DNA of 64,000 bases, taken from the NCBI RefSeq assembly GCF_025526975.1, contig NW_026515670.1, positions 744,001-808,000 on the forward strand, given 5' to 3'. A program made the position numbers and the translations under genes. Below the pieces are notes generated by a model. That model had not been told where the DNA came from. It ran no database searches and saw only the letters and a program-made list of their open reading frames with translations. The stretch is from Fimicolochytrium jonesii. Its lineage: Eukaryota. This document shows positions 11,342 through 23,640 of the stretch, one piece after another (the stretch's first letter is position 1; the number at the start of each line of letters is the position of its first letter).

Positions 11342-13345
11342 GAGACAGGAAGTTCGATATTGCGAATCAGAAGTGTGGAGTGGCGATGGATGAAGCAGGG
11401 AGATAACAGGCGGGCGCTGTGCGGGCCAAGTAGAAGGATTGAGATGAGGGTTGGCAAGGGGAGGAAAACAAGCGCAACGTTGGTGGGTGGGAATTCGCGC
11501 GTAAGCGAGAGTCGTAAGCGCAGCCGCCGTCAATCCTGTCACTTCCTGCAATGCAATTGACAGCTTGCCTGCTGGCCCCAGAACACACTGGGAGAAAGGC
11601 TCAGATACTGTATGGCATGCCCTACATATGCATCGTTATCTTGCTCGCTCTCTCCACACATTCCTGCCGTCCATCGGCCTGTACATATCGATACTGTACA
11701 TATTCCAGTGCAAGCAGGGTTGCTTCACTGCACATCACACGCCGCCCACCATGGGTGCACAAATAGCCCGCCAAGAAGGCGCCCAGCGAGGGAAACAAGC
11801 ATTGCGTTCCACGGGGACGATGGCTTATTTGCAAAGATGCGTGGAGAGAATATACGGGCTCTTTGCGTTGCTGCGTTCCCCGGGTCTTCGTCTCCTCCTT
11901 TCGCTTCATCCCTCCTTTCCATGAAAATCCCTCTAAAGGAGTCGACGCTCCCAAGATGATTTACTAGTACGGTGTGAAGCCGCCCACCGATTCGAAGAGA
12001 TATGGGGGAAGGGATCGACGACAGTGTTCACTAGGACGATCAACGAGGGGCGCAGAAAAGTCGAGAGCCCAGACGGCGTCTTCAAGTTGACCCTCTCTCC
12101 ATGACCGTGACGGCCGTGTTTCGCAGAGCGTATGGATGACGATGACATGCAATGCCTCTTTGCGTCTCTCCGCAGAGCATTTCGCCCAGTGCAAGGGGAC
12201 ATCAGATGAAATGGGCGCCAAAGGAGGCGACGTGATGGATGGATCATCGTGTCGCAAATTCTGCGCGGGCAAACGAGACTTGGCGTCTGTACGCGGGGGT
12301 CGGAGTTGGGCGACTCGGCCCTATGAGTCTGTGCCGTGCCAGCTCCACGTTCTCTTTCAGTTGACCCGCTCGACAGTGCGCACCGAACCTTCCAACCTGA
12401 TTCGGTGAAAGAGGCGATGGATGTCCGACATAGGTTTCATAGGAAAGCGAGACAGTAGGCAACCTCATGGACTTGTCATACACAAAGTATTCCACGCGGG
12501 CCGGTAACTCAGTGGTGGTATACACGGCGTATACACGAGAAAAGCTATGTATACTGCTATGGAAAGCCACCTACATCACGCCTACATAGTGTCGCCGGTG
12601 ACACTGACGCAGGCGAATAAAATGCCATCACGTCTTTGGTGAAGAGGCCGGCGCTGGTGGCGAAATCATATACGCCAAATAAGCCGGATGCTGGGACTAC
12701 GTGATCATGAAAGGATGTCTCTCAGCGGATCCACGGATTTCAAAAAGAGCTGTGCGTTAGTTTGAAGAGATCACACATGTGTCCGTTTTCGTGCGTCCAC
12801 GGATGCAGGACCCGAGGTGAGCCTGGCAATGCCAGCTTGTCGGCATTTCAGGCTGGCGGGCACTGTCCACTTTCCACTCCATGAAGAGCAATTAACGAAA
12901 GCATCATCGATAGGGGTAGCGTGAATTTCGCAATAGAGACTGCGTGGTCGTGCTGGTAATTGCCGCCAAGAGATCCTGCTTGACAGCGAAAACGGTCGGG
13001 TTTGAAGAGGTGATGGGCGATGGCTGCGTGCATAGTGCATATGCATGTTTTGGGCATTTCGATACCCATGTCGGCCGTGCAGCTGTCCTAGGGTCGTCAG
13101 GATTTAGGGTCACCGGACAAGGGCAACCTTTCCTCAGGTAGGTTGAAGCGGTGCATCACTGAGGTCAAGGCCGGCGACAACATTTCGCGCGGCGAGCGAG
13201 TGTGCTGTCCACTCAACACCTACATCGCTGCTGCTGCCGCTGGCACTGGATTCTGCGTTGTACACTCATGTGCGCCAACCTTCACATCCGTCTCTCCGCG
13301 GCAAAGTTGACGGGAAAGAGCACGGCCAATTTGGTTTGCGCTGCC

Positions 13346-14215
13346 TCACGTCTTGCCATCGCTATGTTTTGTCGGTCCGGCACGGCCTCCATCCGCCTTG
13401 ATTTCACTCCCACTCTCCCCCATTGTGAGGCTTCCTTCTTTCCATTCATCCCCGTCACCCTCGAGTAAAACATCATCCTCCCCATCATCCACCTCAGACC
13501 CCCCAGACCCCACACCATGCTTCTTCCGAATCTTCCTCGCCATCTTCTTCTTCTTGACCCTCTCTTTCGCAATTTTGACCTGACGCTTGGAAAGCTCGCC
13601 GTTGAAATGCTCGTCGAGTTTGAGGGTCATGAGTTTGCGTGCTTCTTTGCGGTTGCCTGTTAGGTCGCGGAAGCGTTGGGACTGGGGGATTTTGAGTTCA
13701 CGTAAACGTGGGTTCATACATGTTTGTCATTGACGTAGATTTCATGTGAGTTTTTTTACCTCAACCCGCAAACCGGTGGGGATATGTTTCAACTGCACTC
13801 TGTGTCTGCATTTATTGATTTTCTGCCCGCCGGGGCCGGAGCCTTTGACAAACTCTTCTTCGAGGTCTTGTTCGAGAAGAACGATTTCTTTCCGTGTGCG
13901 AGGGGCTGCCGGTTCCGGTCGTGGTGTGTGTTCTGTATCCAAGGCGTCGGTGACAGTTGCAGATGGAAGAGCTTCTTTGCTCACCGAATCGTAGTGCCCT
14001 TCAGCAGGAGGAAGCGGTGGTACTCGGCCATCTCCACTGGATGGTGCGGTGGAGTTCACTCGACGTCCGTAGGTTGCACTTACTGCTAGCGCGGGCGGTT
14101 GTGAATTCCGAGGCCGGAACACAGCTTTCGGAGCAGACAAGGCGATGTTTCTTCGACCGAGTTGACCTAGAGAACCAGCCGGGAAGCCCCAGGGGAGCGC
14201 CCATCTGGCCGCCAT
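13346..14215 (-). CDS. MTRFR: Mitochondrial peptidyl-tRNA hydrolase / release factor-like protein, C12orf65 (MTRFR) family
   Basis: Exons 14215-13760 and 13681-13346. R/A/S-rich N-terminus consistent with a targeting peptide. [18 protein letters not shown]...[29 protein letters not shown] carries the GGQ motif, followed by a basic tail; no codon-recognition domain. Confidence 0.85.
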
Positions 14216-14443
14216 TCTGCCTTCCTATGGCCTCGGGCGTTGTTCCAACGAAAGCGGTGTTATGCAAGTCTGAATAGCGAGGGAAGAAAGGCCACGGGAA
14301 GAATGCGTGGGGAATGAATGCTCCGCAGCTTTCTCCCGATCTCACACTCCGCTCAGGCTCAGGCCGTCTCGTTAACAGCCCCCCCTCCCCCAACGCAGAA
14401 CCGCTTCACACTCACTCACCACCTCGCAGACCACAACCACAGC

Positions 14444-14926
14444 ATGTCCTACACCGTCCACAAGGTCTCCTCAACAGAGGACTTTGACCGCTGCATACAC
14501 GTCCGCCAGGTCGTCTTTGTCGTCGAGCAGGAGTGTCCCCCAGACACAGAGCCAGACGCAAAAGACCCCGTCTGCACCCAATTCCTCGCCACCTACTCCG
14601 ACAACAACACAGACTCGGCACCGGCCTCTCCCGTAGGAACAGCGCGCCTCGTCCCCGTGGAAGCCGAATCACCAACAGCGACGAAAACAGCAATGCTAGG
14701 CCGGCTAGCCGTCCTAAAAGAACACCGCGGAAAGGGACTCGGGCAACTCCTCGTCAAGGCGGTGGAAGAGGAAGCCAAGCGCTTGGGCGTTCAGCGGATC
14801 GATATGCATGCCCAGAGTTATAAGCAGCGGTGGTACGAGAAGTTGGGATATGCGAGGCTGGAGGGACTGGACGAGTTTGACGAGGATGGGATCCCACATG
14901 TCCATATGGAGAAGTGGATTGTCTAG
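14444..14926 (+). CDS. GNAT family N-acetyltransferase (ElaA/YjcF-like)
   Basis: Single exon: VRQVVFVVEQECP, PVGTARL, LGRLAVLKEHRGKGLG (acetyl-CoA motif A), HAQ...WYEKLGY, FDEDGIPHVHM. Confidence 0.9.
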   Translation: MSYTVHKVSSTEDFDRCIHVRQVVFVVEQECPPDTEPDAKDPVCTQFLATYSDNNTDSAPASPVGTARLVPVEAESPTATKTAMLGRLAVLKEHRGKGLGQLLVKAVEEEAKRLGVQRIDMHAQSYKQRWYEKLGYARLEGLDEFDEDGIPHVHMEKWIV

Positions 14927-15433
14927 AAGGACTACTACGTGGAGGGTCGGACGATGGACGAGATCGATGGGTTGAAGGTGGATTCAGAGACGAAGGGACG
15001 AACCCACTGGACGACCAAATAAGGGAGACGTAGGATGCGGCGTTGGGTAGAAAGGGAAGGATAGGGTAGAAAGGGTGGAAAGGCGGTGGGTTTTCCATCA
15101 ATGACGATGTACCATGTATGCGAGCGGGGACGACAAGGCGATGCATAGATGGCATTCTTCCCATAGTTTGCATAGAAGAAAATGAAGTACTGCCCACAGG
15201 AATACGGGCATGCTTATATTTCCTGGTGGTATGCTCCAAGTGAGAAAACGGAAGGGGAGGTGTCCGAATCAGCGGAACCGCCTGTGAACGCGTCGCTGTC
15301 AACTTGCAAGCCGTGGGGCTCCTCCACTTTTGCTCACGCTACTCTTGCCCCAAGTTCTATTCGCTGGCCACGCTCGATCTCCCCTCCTCCCTACCGAATA
15401 TCTCTCAAACCTGTTAGCTGGAAGAACGAACGG

Positions 15434-17130
15434 ATGGCAACAATACCCGCCCCAATAGACTACTCGTCTTATTCTCCCAAACCGCCACCACAACATCATT
15501 CCCGAAAACGGCCCCGTGACGACCCCGCGCACACCGATAATGACGACAACGACGACGACGACGTTATTGGCACATACCAGAAATACCACCGCCTCGACCA
15601 AGAAGAAGAGCAGCCAGTCGATCAGCTCACCACCCCGTAAGTCCCTTCGCAAGACGAAAGTGCTTAGCTTGCTCTCACCACTAACGAGCAAGTGTTCAAT
15701 TCCCTTGCCATTCCAGAGCACCCCTCCGCTGCACGATAACACCGTCCTGCGCCGCAATATCATTCACTTCTGTTTCGGAGTACGAGGCGCATCATGAGAA
15801 CAATCATGTCAATGTGTGTGACACGTGTAGGAAAACCTTGCCGACGAGGAGGATACTCGAGTTGCATATCATGGAGGTGGGTACTGAGGGAGGAAAGAAG
15901 GCCCGTGCGGGATTTGTGGAAGTGAACCGGGGCGGTGGGTCGACACATTGGTTCAGAAGCGGGCTGTACTTCCGGGCGAAGCTGGGCGAAGCGAGGCCCC
16001 GAGCGGTTTGGGTTAGGATGACTGAGATCAATTGCAGCCAGCTCACGCATCGCACATACTCATCCCTTCAAATCCCCCCTCTCTCCTTTCCCACCCAGGT
16101 ACACGACTCCTACTTTGCAGTCCTCACCTCGCGCGGGCAAAAGATGTACGCATGCCTAGACCCGGCCTGCCCCAAAATGTTCGCCAACCAGAACGCGCGG
16201 CGCCTGCATCTGGTCGCGAAACATGCATATGCGCCCGATTACCATTTCGAGGTTGTTGTGCAGGGGGTGCTGAGTAAAAGGAGGGAGAAGGAGAGGGTTA
16301 AGGGGGTGGAGAGGAGGGCGAGGAAGAGGGAGGCGGAGAGGTGTGGAAAGGGGGGTATGGAGGGGGTGGTGGAAGGGGTTGCGGGTGAGGGTGAGGGTGA
16401 AGGTGAGGTAGCGGGTGAGGAGGATCGAAGGGACGGGGCCACAGGCGGAGACGATCAAGAAGGCGGGATGGACGTCGTGGAACCAGTCGCAACCGAGGCT
16501 AGCAATCAGACTTCATCCGGCAGCGGCGGTCCGAATCGAAAGGAGAGGCGGGCAGCACGGCGGGCGCAGGGAGGTCAGATGGAAGTTGACCGCGGTCAAG
16601 CAACCGAACCTCATACCGCATCAAGACCGCCGTCGAACTCCATCCCAACCGCTACCGCGCAACGCACATCGTCGACTCGAAATCCAGCCATCCAACAACA
16701 CTCACCACAAAACAACTCTCACGCACACGCGGCCTCAACCCAACCCCTCTTCCACCCCAACGCCGCCCATCCTCCAATCACACCCATCGCACGCCTCCCA
16801 ACCAAGACCACCACCCTCTCGTTACCAGACGACACAGAACTAAACTCACTAACAGCCTCCCTAGCCCGCATGCACGTCAACCTCCCGAAAACAGTCTCGT
16901 TTGGATACAATAAGGGACGCGCGCCGGCGTTTTGGAGGCCGCCTGCGCAACCGCACGAGGGCAACCCGGATGGGAAGAAGGGCAAGAAGGGGAAAGGGAA
17001 AGGGAAGGGGGAGGATGCAAATAGGAGTGGTGAGGGTCGGATGGACACGTCGGCGGGCGCAGGTGAGGGACTTCTGAATGCTGAGCAAGGTGCCCCCCTT
17101 TCCTATATACCCCTCACCCAGCCCTTGTGA
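15434..17130 (+). CDS. C2H2 zinc-finger protein, ZNF511-like
   Basis: Exons 15434-15636, 15717-15876 and 16099-17130. Spliced: C....C...F....EYEAHHENNH.NVCDTCRKTLPTRRILELHIME|VHDSYF...MYACLDPACPKMF....ARRLHLVAKHAY..DYHF, the three-finger ZNF511 pattern. Confidence 0.75.
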
Positions 17131-17561
17131 CAAACACTCTCGAGGGCGAAGATAGCGGGGGAGAGACCCATTTTGAAGGGCTCTGTGCATCCCCATGCTG
17201 GTATTCATATGTTATCCTTTACCCCCTGCACGGCGTGTCTATCCGCCCCTCGTACACATACATAAGTACATTGAGCGCCCCCTCACGAGTTACCCCATCT
17301 ATCGAACATGCATCGTTCCACCGCATACCGACATGCCCGCATGGTTGTATGTAGGCAGTGTAGCTGGCGGCATAGAATGATGTATATGTGACGATCGCGA
17401 TGACTACTATATCATGAAGATATTTCGACCGTGGTTACGGACGCGTGTGAGATCCTGTTCGTCGTTGGATATGTACTCAGACCCCCTTGTGTGTAAATAT
17501 ATGGTATATACATAAATGCCCGCCCTTTTTATAACCTCCCCTAAGTGTGTGCTGTGTATGT

Positions 17562-19142
17562 TCATGGCTGCTCAGTGAGGTAGTTGTCGTGCACGAGGCG
17601 CTGGATGAAGGATGGCGGGTGTGTTCCTCTACGATTAATAAGAAAAGGGTTTAGCGCATGGGGTCGTGGATGAATGGAGGGAGGGAGGGATGATACGTAC
17701 ACGTTGGTGATGAAGAGAGAGACGTCTTCGGGACCGATGTAGTCGAAGAGCGGGTTGACTATTTCCACCGAGTCGATTATATCGCCTGCGCAGGTGGGAG
17801 AGTATGGGGTGTTACCCAAGGCTGCAACGTCCGCAGGGGCATCCCAGAAGCATAAAAAGAACGCCCATCCACCCGCAGGGCTCGTCATAAGACTCACCCG
17901 CCTCAAAAGCATAAACCGGGCCCGGCTGCCCCAGCAACCCAAACGCCTCCGTATCATACGGATAACTAGGCGACACCTTATGCAACCCCGTACACACCAC
18001 CACGGGGGTCGAGTACTGTTTCGCAGCCAGTGCGACCACCTTTGTCCCACACACCGCCACACATCCCCCATTGGCCGTAACCGCGTGCGCCCCGAGGATA
18101 ACCTTATTCACACGCGACATGACCGCGAAAATCGCCGAATCGGTAATCACAGTCGTATCAATCCCAGCGCGGGCAAGGGCAGCCGCCATGGTATGTCCAT
18201 CATGTGTCGGAGACGTTTCGGCGACAATGACCTGGAAATCACGCACCTGCGCTGCAACCTCGAGGAAATGTGCGACGGTGGAGGAGTAGCCTAAGGTGAG
18301 AATGATTTCCTTAGAGTGGATATGCTCCCAGGCCTGGTTAGAGATATTGGCGGTAGTGTTTTCGAGCTCGTCAATCATTTCTTCAACGCTCTGTTTGACG
18401 TTTGCTACGAAGGAGCGGCGCATTGCCGGGGTTGTTGTTGTTGAGGTTGTGGAGAATTTGCTGCGGGTTGAGCGCGGGGTGCCGGTGCCGGCTGTGGGTG
18501 TGTCGGAGTCGGCGGCAGAGTCGGGGTCGCTGTTGGAGTCGGATTCGTCGGCGGCGGCGTTGGCTTCTTCGGCGATTAAGTGGAGGACTCGCTGGACCAT
18601 GTTTCCGACGGCGAGTTCTGTGAACGATGGTTTTTCCATCAAATATCGACTTTCAGTCCCCAGGTAACGCCCATTTTTCCTGCGAAGAAAGTATCTCCCC
18701 CATAACTTCAATCCCATACCTATCGGTTGAGCAGCCTGCAACTTGCTTCCCACATCCCGCACCATCTTTGACAACGCCGGGACATCCTTACATCGGGATG
18801 CGGCCACGACGTTCCTCAATAGCCGTGCCGTCGCTATCGCCACCTCGTCGGAGCCCTGTATTTGCCTGGAAGGGGTGTTTGAGAAGGAAGTGTGAGAAGT
18901 GACAAGAAAAGGGTTTGTTCCCTCGGAGACAACACTGGAAGGGTAGCGGGATTTGCATTCCGCACCGAGATGGGGTCGCCTAAGGCATCCACCACAGGCC
19001 TCGCGTGTGGCATACTCGCAAGCCGCTAGGAATTCGCTCGAGATTCCACTCAACCCTCTCATGACCATTGGAACCTTGCGTCTCACCTCCTTCGCAACTT
19101 TGCCGTTAGCGCCTCTATTTGGGCGACGATTTCCTTCAACAT
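17562..19142 (-). CDS. GCD7: Translation initiation factor eIF2B subunit beta
   Basis: Multi-exon. KLRRR|QIQGSDEVAIATARLLR, VGSKLQAAQP.ELAVGNMVQRVL, AWEHIHSKEIILTLGYSSTV, VIVAETSP, DSAIFAVMSRVNKVILGAHAV.ANGG, NPLFDYIGP, THPPSFIQRLVHDNY. Confidence 0.93.
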
Positions 19143-19722
19143 GCTGTATAAGCCCCTCCGAAGTGAGTCTGGGTCCGCGGAATATGCTGCCCGTGAGTTT
19201 ACGTACGTATGTTCGTCCTGGATATCACAGGAGCGATCTTTGCAATTGGCAGAAGTTGAACATGCAGCAGGACCCAAGCAGGACCGTCATAGGAGTCGGA
19301 ACGCGGTGGGACAAGCCACCTCTCGCGCTCCGTTTTCCCCTTTTGCCCCCCTTTTCTTGGACGGACGAACTCGGCGAGTCTGCGGGCATACACATACATA
19401 CAGTACATTGTACATACATTGATGAGCGCTACAGTTTCATGGTTTTGATAGATTGGAGGCTCTCAGCCTGGCCCCTTCCATGTCGTATAATAAGTGCTTC
19501 TCGCGTACTCTGGCACCTGAAGAGTGAAAGCCCAACGCGCTTTGATGCTGGAGGAGGTCGAGCGACAAGCCATAGGGCCAGTTTGGCCTACAATTAGATG
19601 ATTAATCTACACAAGCCCTTGGGGGAAAACTATCGTACATGGTCGAAAGGTGGTATCTACCATCCCATCCCGTTCATCCGTTCATTGTTTCAAACTGTAT
19701 ACTACGCCGTAAGAAGGCGACC

Positions 19723-20418
19723 TCATCCGCTGGTCCAACTCTTGCCCTTCAGAGGAACCTCCTCAAACCCGGCCAATCTGCGCGATGCATTGTAAATAAG
19801 CGTACCGACGGCGATTGCTCCGGCAACGAAAGATACCAAAGAGGCTACAGCTAAGGCCCCAAACCCACTGCCGATGATCAACACAATATTCAAACGGTTC
19901 CAGTAGTCCTGGCACGCCACGTAGTTCCGCCTGGGATCGTCTGGTACAGCGCAGTACACCCTACTATTGTCAACGAACTTGTGCGCGGAAGGGTCGAAGA
20001 GCCAGTCCCGCGCGCAGAGTTCTTGATACCGGACGAAATTGAACGGTTTCGGCGCTTCCTTGATCGCCTCTGTGTCGCGCATTGTCTCCGTTCCCCTGAC
20101 GTAGGTGAGGTCTATCCACGTCGTCTGCACCATCTTCCCGTCGCACAGGCCCTCGAATTGCATGGGCGAATAGCATATGCCGAGCTTGGTATAGAGCGCC
20201 GTCATGTCGTTTTCGCTTATGGCGGGGCAGGGTAGAAAGACGACTTTGTTGTTGAGATTATGCTGCATGTGCACGGTGACGGGGACATTGTGCTGCAGGG
20301 AGTTCGCTTTGTGCACGTTCGGGAGGGCCCAGAAGTAGAGGGGGAGGTAGAAGGTGAAGATGGAGAAGAAGGCGAGCACATGCGTCCCTAATATTGTATC
20401 GCTTATGACTCTGCTCAT
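19723..20418 (-). CDS. Hypothetical two-TM membrane protein with Cys-containing loop
   Basis: 231-aa ORF with coding-like codon use. Hydrophobic segments at both ends (VLAFFSIFTFYLPLYFWAL; IVLIIGSGFGALAVASLVSFVAGAIAVGTLI) flank a loop with 6 Cys. The true start is uncertain. Confidence 0.6.
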   Translation of the reverse strand: MSRVISDTILGTHVLAFFSIFTFYLPLYFWALPNVHKANSLQHNVPVTVHMQHNLNNKVVFLPCPAISENDMTALYTKLGICYSPMQFEGLCDGKMVQTTWIDLTYVRGTETMRDTEAIKEAPKPFNFVRYQELCARDWLFDPSAHKFVDNSRVYCAVPDDPRRNYVACQDYWNRLNIVLIIGSGFGALAVASLVSFVAGAIAVGTLIYNASRRLAGFEEVPLKGKSWTSG

Positions 20419-20756
20419 GACTGGCCTTTGTCGTTGCGTCCGTCACGTCGTAACGTCGCTTGGTGGGGGCGCTGAGGACCGTGGGACTGACTTATCACTA
20501 CGTACAGAGAATACAACGAAGGCTTTTGAGGATGCTGGAAGTTCACCGGGAATGGAAGAGGATAGTCCTGGCCATTTGCTCGTTGAACTTTTGAAGGCAG
20601 GCTTCATGGAAGTTGCGGAGTGCGGCTTCTCAATTGTGGCTTCATCAATCTCATCACGCGGGGAAACTTGGCTGCTCCTCGGACCCCAGGAACTTGGCAG
20701 GCGTTCAGGATAACGCGCGGTCGAAAATATGATTCCGGAGGCTCCGGAAATATGGT

Positions 20757-20829
20757 TGTCCCGTAGTGTAGTGGTTTAGCACATTAGACTTTGAATCTAA
20801 TAACCCGAGTTCGAATCTCGGCGGGACCT
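20757..20829 (+). tRNA. tRNA-Gln (anticodon TTG)
   Basis: Cloverleaf: acceptor TGTCCCG/CGGGACC, D stem GTGT/GCAC, anticodon stem TTAGA-CT TTG AA-TCTAA, T arm CCGAG-TTCGAAT-CTCGG, discriminator T. A T-run (Pol III terminator) follows at about 20839. Confidence 0.95.
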
Positions 20830-22704
20830 GGAAATTCGTTTTTGCACCTTCCGGGCTCCGCACGCTCCATACCCTCACCGGCCACCTTCTTATCATTTTC
20901 GCCCCGCTTGCATGCGGCAATGAGCGTTTCTTCCCTCTCCGTGTCTGTTGCCTCAAGGATGCCACATAGCACGGATGTGCCAAAGTGAAGTTCGAAGACT
21001 CATAACTGCCTCCCCGTACCTCGCACGAGCCCGTTGGCCACTACCCTCCCTATCTCGCGGCGGGCCAATTGGTGGAAAAGCATAGACATGGTATCCCATT
21101 CCATACATGAAACGAAGCCCCTACCTGTTAGGAAAAAGCACCCGTGCATAAGCTGCTGACGGCAGGCAAACATTGCGCGTCAATAGGTTGGATGAGTGTC
21201 GCGGACGTGTTTTGTTCATCGTCTCCACTCGAACCAGTTTCTCCGATATAAACAGCCCTGGTCCTCGCTGCCCCGCTTCTCCCGACCGTCAGCACAGAAA
21301 GGCGAGAGGCTCAGAAAGGCGAGAGCCCATTGACGCTTCTGCGAGGTCACGCGTCTGAATCCGATCGCGGGTGTGCGGATTGTGCATTGCCTGCCGTCCG
21401 AAAACGCGTCGGAGTTGGGCCTACGCGCTGGGCTACGCGTAAGCATGCAAGATTAGGTAACCGTCTTCTCCAGTCATATTGAATTCTGCTACACGCAGGC
21501 CCGGAATCTACTCGCTTCCTTGGCCCTCGGGAGAAAGAGCCTTATGTTGAGATTCCACCACGTCCACAGGGAACTCTCGGTCACAAAACAGGAGGTGTGG
21601 AAAGTTCCGTCTCAAGCGAGCATCGGGATCCAGCTCGGAGGTCATACAGAAGGCGTTTTTGGACGCACATTGGGCTTCTTGCGCCATCACCCATACGGAA
21701 TATACCCCAACTGAACTACTGCATCCTTAGAGTCTGTTGATAACTCAGTCAGCGTATGTGCCGTTTGATTCCATCGGCTTGCACCGCACAAGCGGGTCCA
21801 AGAAGCCCGGGAACGCGTTTCAGCAAAGGATTTCGCCCCCAGTTCCGCAGAGAGTAACCTCAGCAGTTGCAGGGGTATTTGAGTTTTTGCATGGACAAGG
21901 GATTTTAAGTGACCGGCAGCAAGCTATTGTGTCGAGGGCCAGAAATGACGAGCGCTTGAGTGAACTCGGTTAGTAAGCTGTGCATTCAGGCGTTCGGGTC
22001 TCAGAAACGACACGGAATCCAAAGGTAAATGAGAAACCGTCCAAAGCCCTGATATCGCATGTCCGGCTTTCCTACGCGCAAGTCGCCCACTGCGCAGGTG
22101 TGTGCAACGCCCTTTCGCGACGGGAAAGGTTTGGAGGGAGCAGACGAGGACGAAGAGAAGATTTCGGGGCGATAGAAGATCTTGTCCCGTTGGACCTTCG
22201 CGCTCCCATCTTTTCGACAGATCCTGCGACTTCCGAGCTGGCAGACTTTGGTACATATTTCCAGCAGTGGATGAAGGGCGTAAGAGTCCGGCCCCGTTCC
22301 TCTGTGCGGTTATCAATGATCATCATCGTTGCTGAGCAAAGGTTCCGCTTCACCGTAAATTGGAAACACAAACAGCTCGTCGGGGGTGACTTCCCGCCCC
22401 TTTCCTTCGACTAAGGAATGCTTGGACGCGCTCGTTCGTTGTTCATCGTCTCAGAAAATCAAGTGGAGAGACTTCCAAGCACAAAGTGACTGAAGCGATG
22501 CTGCCAGCCAACCTGCTTTGCAAAGCGGCATGCACAAGCAAACCGCCGCCATTTTGGGACAAAGGTGCTTGCTCAAGTCACGATTAAACAATTAAAGTGG
22601 AGCGTCAGGGAACGCAGTGTCATGTGATCTGGGAGAGCGAGATCATCTGCAACCTAATCGCGAGTCAGCAGTCAAACACCCAAACAGGCCAGAATGATGA
22701 CAGG

Positions 22705-23136
22705 TGAGTCACCGCCTATATGTGGACATGATGCGACGGTTGCCTTGGAAAATCTGACTTTGTGGGCAAGTCGCGTCGGAATACCGGTGCGACTCCACGG
22801 GCGGGGGTTGGGGCCGGTGACTTGCAGGGCCTCTCGCTTAGGAATGGACGAGAAAGCTCGGGGATGTTCGGAAGTGAGCGGCTGCCGAGGGAGTTCAATA
22901 ATGGCAAACAAGGAAACACCCGCCCCGCCCACCCGCCATGAAGCCAAAAGCAACGCCAAAAGCAAAGCGCAAGCAAGGCCAACGCAAAAGACAAAGGCCT
23001 TATCCTCGTCCTCACGCTGATAATCCTGCCTATTCCCACCACGTATATCCGCTTGCCCCCCCCCCCCCCTCTTCTCCCCCCACTGCCACCAACCCCACGA
23101 ACATATCCCCAGACACATAACGAACAGCTTGACTCA
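22705..23136. promoter_or_regulatory. Two TGA(C/G)TCA (Gcn4/CpcA/AP-1 consensus) sites upstream of the Pcl5-like cyclin
   Basis: TGAGTCA at 22705-22711 and TGACTCA at 23130-23136. Confidence 0.35.
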
Positions 23137-23598
23137 GTGCCCCGAACTGCTCTTGCAACGTATCCGCAACCCACCACCACCCCACTCGCGTGCCTGTCCT
23201 ATTTGAACGAACGATTTGTATTAGCAGCCGGGAAACTCGCTGGCAGAGCTTTTCGGAATTTGCGCTCGCAAAACGGCGCCGTCACAGTCAACGCAACCCC
23301 TCATATCATACCCACCACCTTGTGGACTTGCAACCGTCCACACTCTTGCTCGTCTCGCCTTTGTCAGCCAAATACCCGCGCTGCCGACTTCGCCATTGTG
23401 ATCGACGTCCTTGTATTGACTGAGAAGGTTTCCTAAACCGGCTCACAACCGCCTCGGATTTGCAAGCGGTCATTCCGTCCCAACTTCATACCGACTATTC
23501 TTGTTCGCCGCCTGCCTATGCGTCAAGCAGTTTAAGCGAAACTTGCTTCGTTTTGTTTCTGTCATTACCTGCTTCATTTCTACTCCTACTTTCCCAAC

Positions 23599-23640
23599 AT
23601 GTACTCCTTCTCCTGCAACGCCGCCAAGGGCCGGTTCTGA
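23599..23640 (+). promoter_or_regulatory. Candidate uORF (MYSFSCNAAKGRF*) in the 5' leader of the Pcl5-like cyclin
   Basis: caacATG context; all 12 post-ATG sense codons end in C or G. It lies upstream of a probable 5'UTR intron (GTGAGT 23870 ... CTAAC 24080 ... AAG 24107). Confidence 0.45.

Noticed and set aside
14444..14926. Horizontal transfer of the intronless ElaA/YjcF-like GNAT
   Set aside because: Short intronless genes are common and this family occurs in fungi, so the sequence alone gives no support without a phylogeny.
21000..22600. Possible small gene or transposon remnant (e.g. ORF 21980-22414)
   Set aside because: No transposase, RT or integrase motifs, no terminal repeats and no consistent gene model by eye. 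It cannot be excluded without RNA data.
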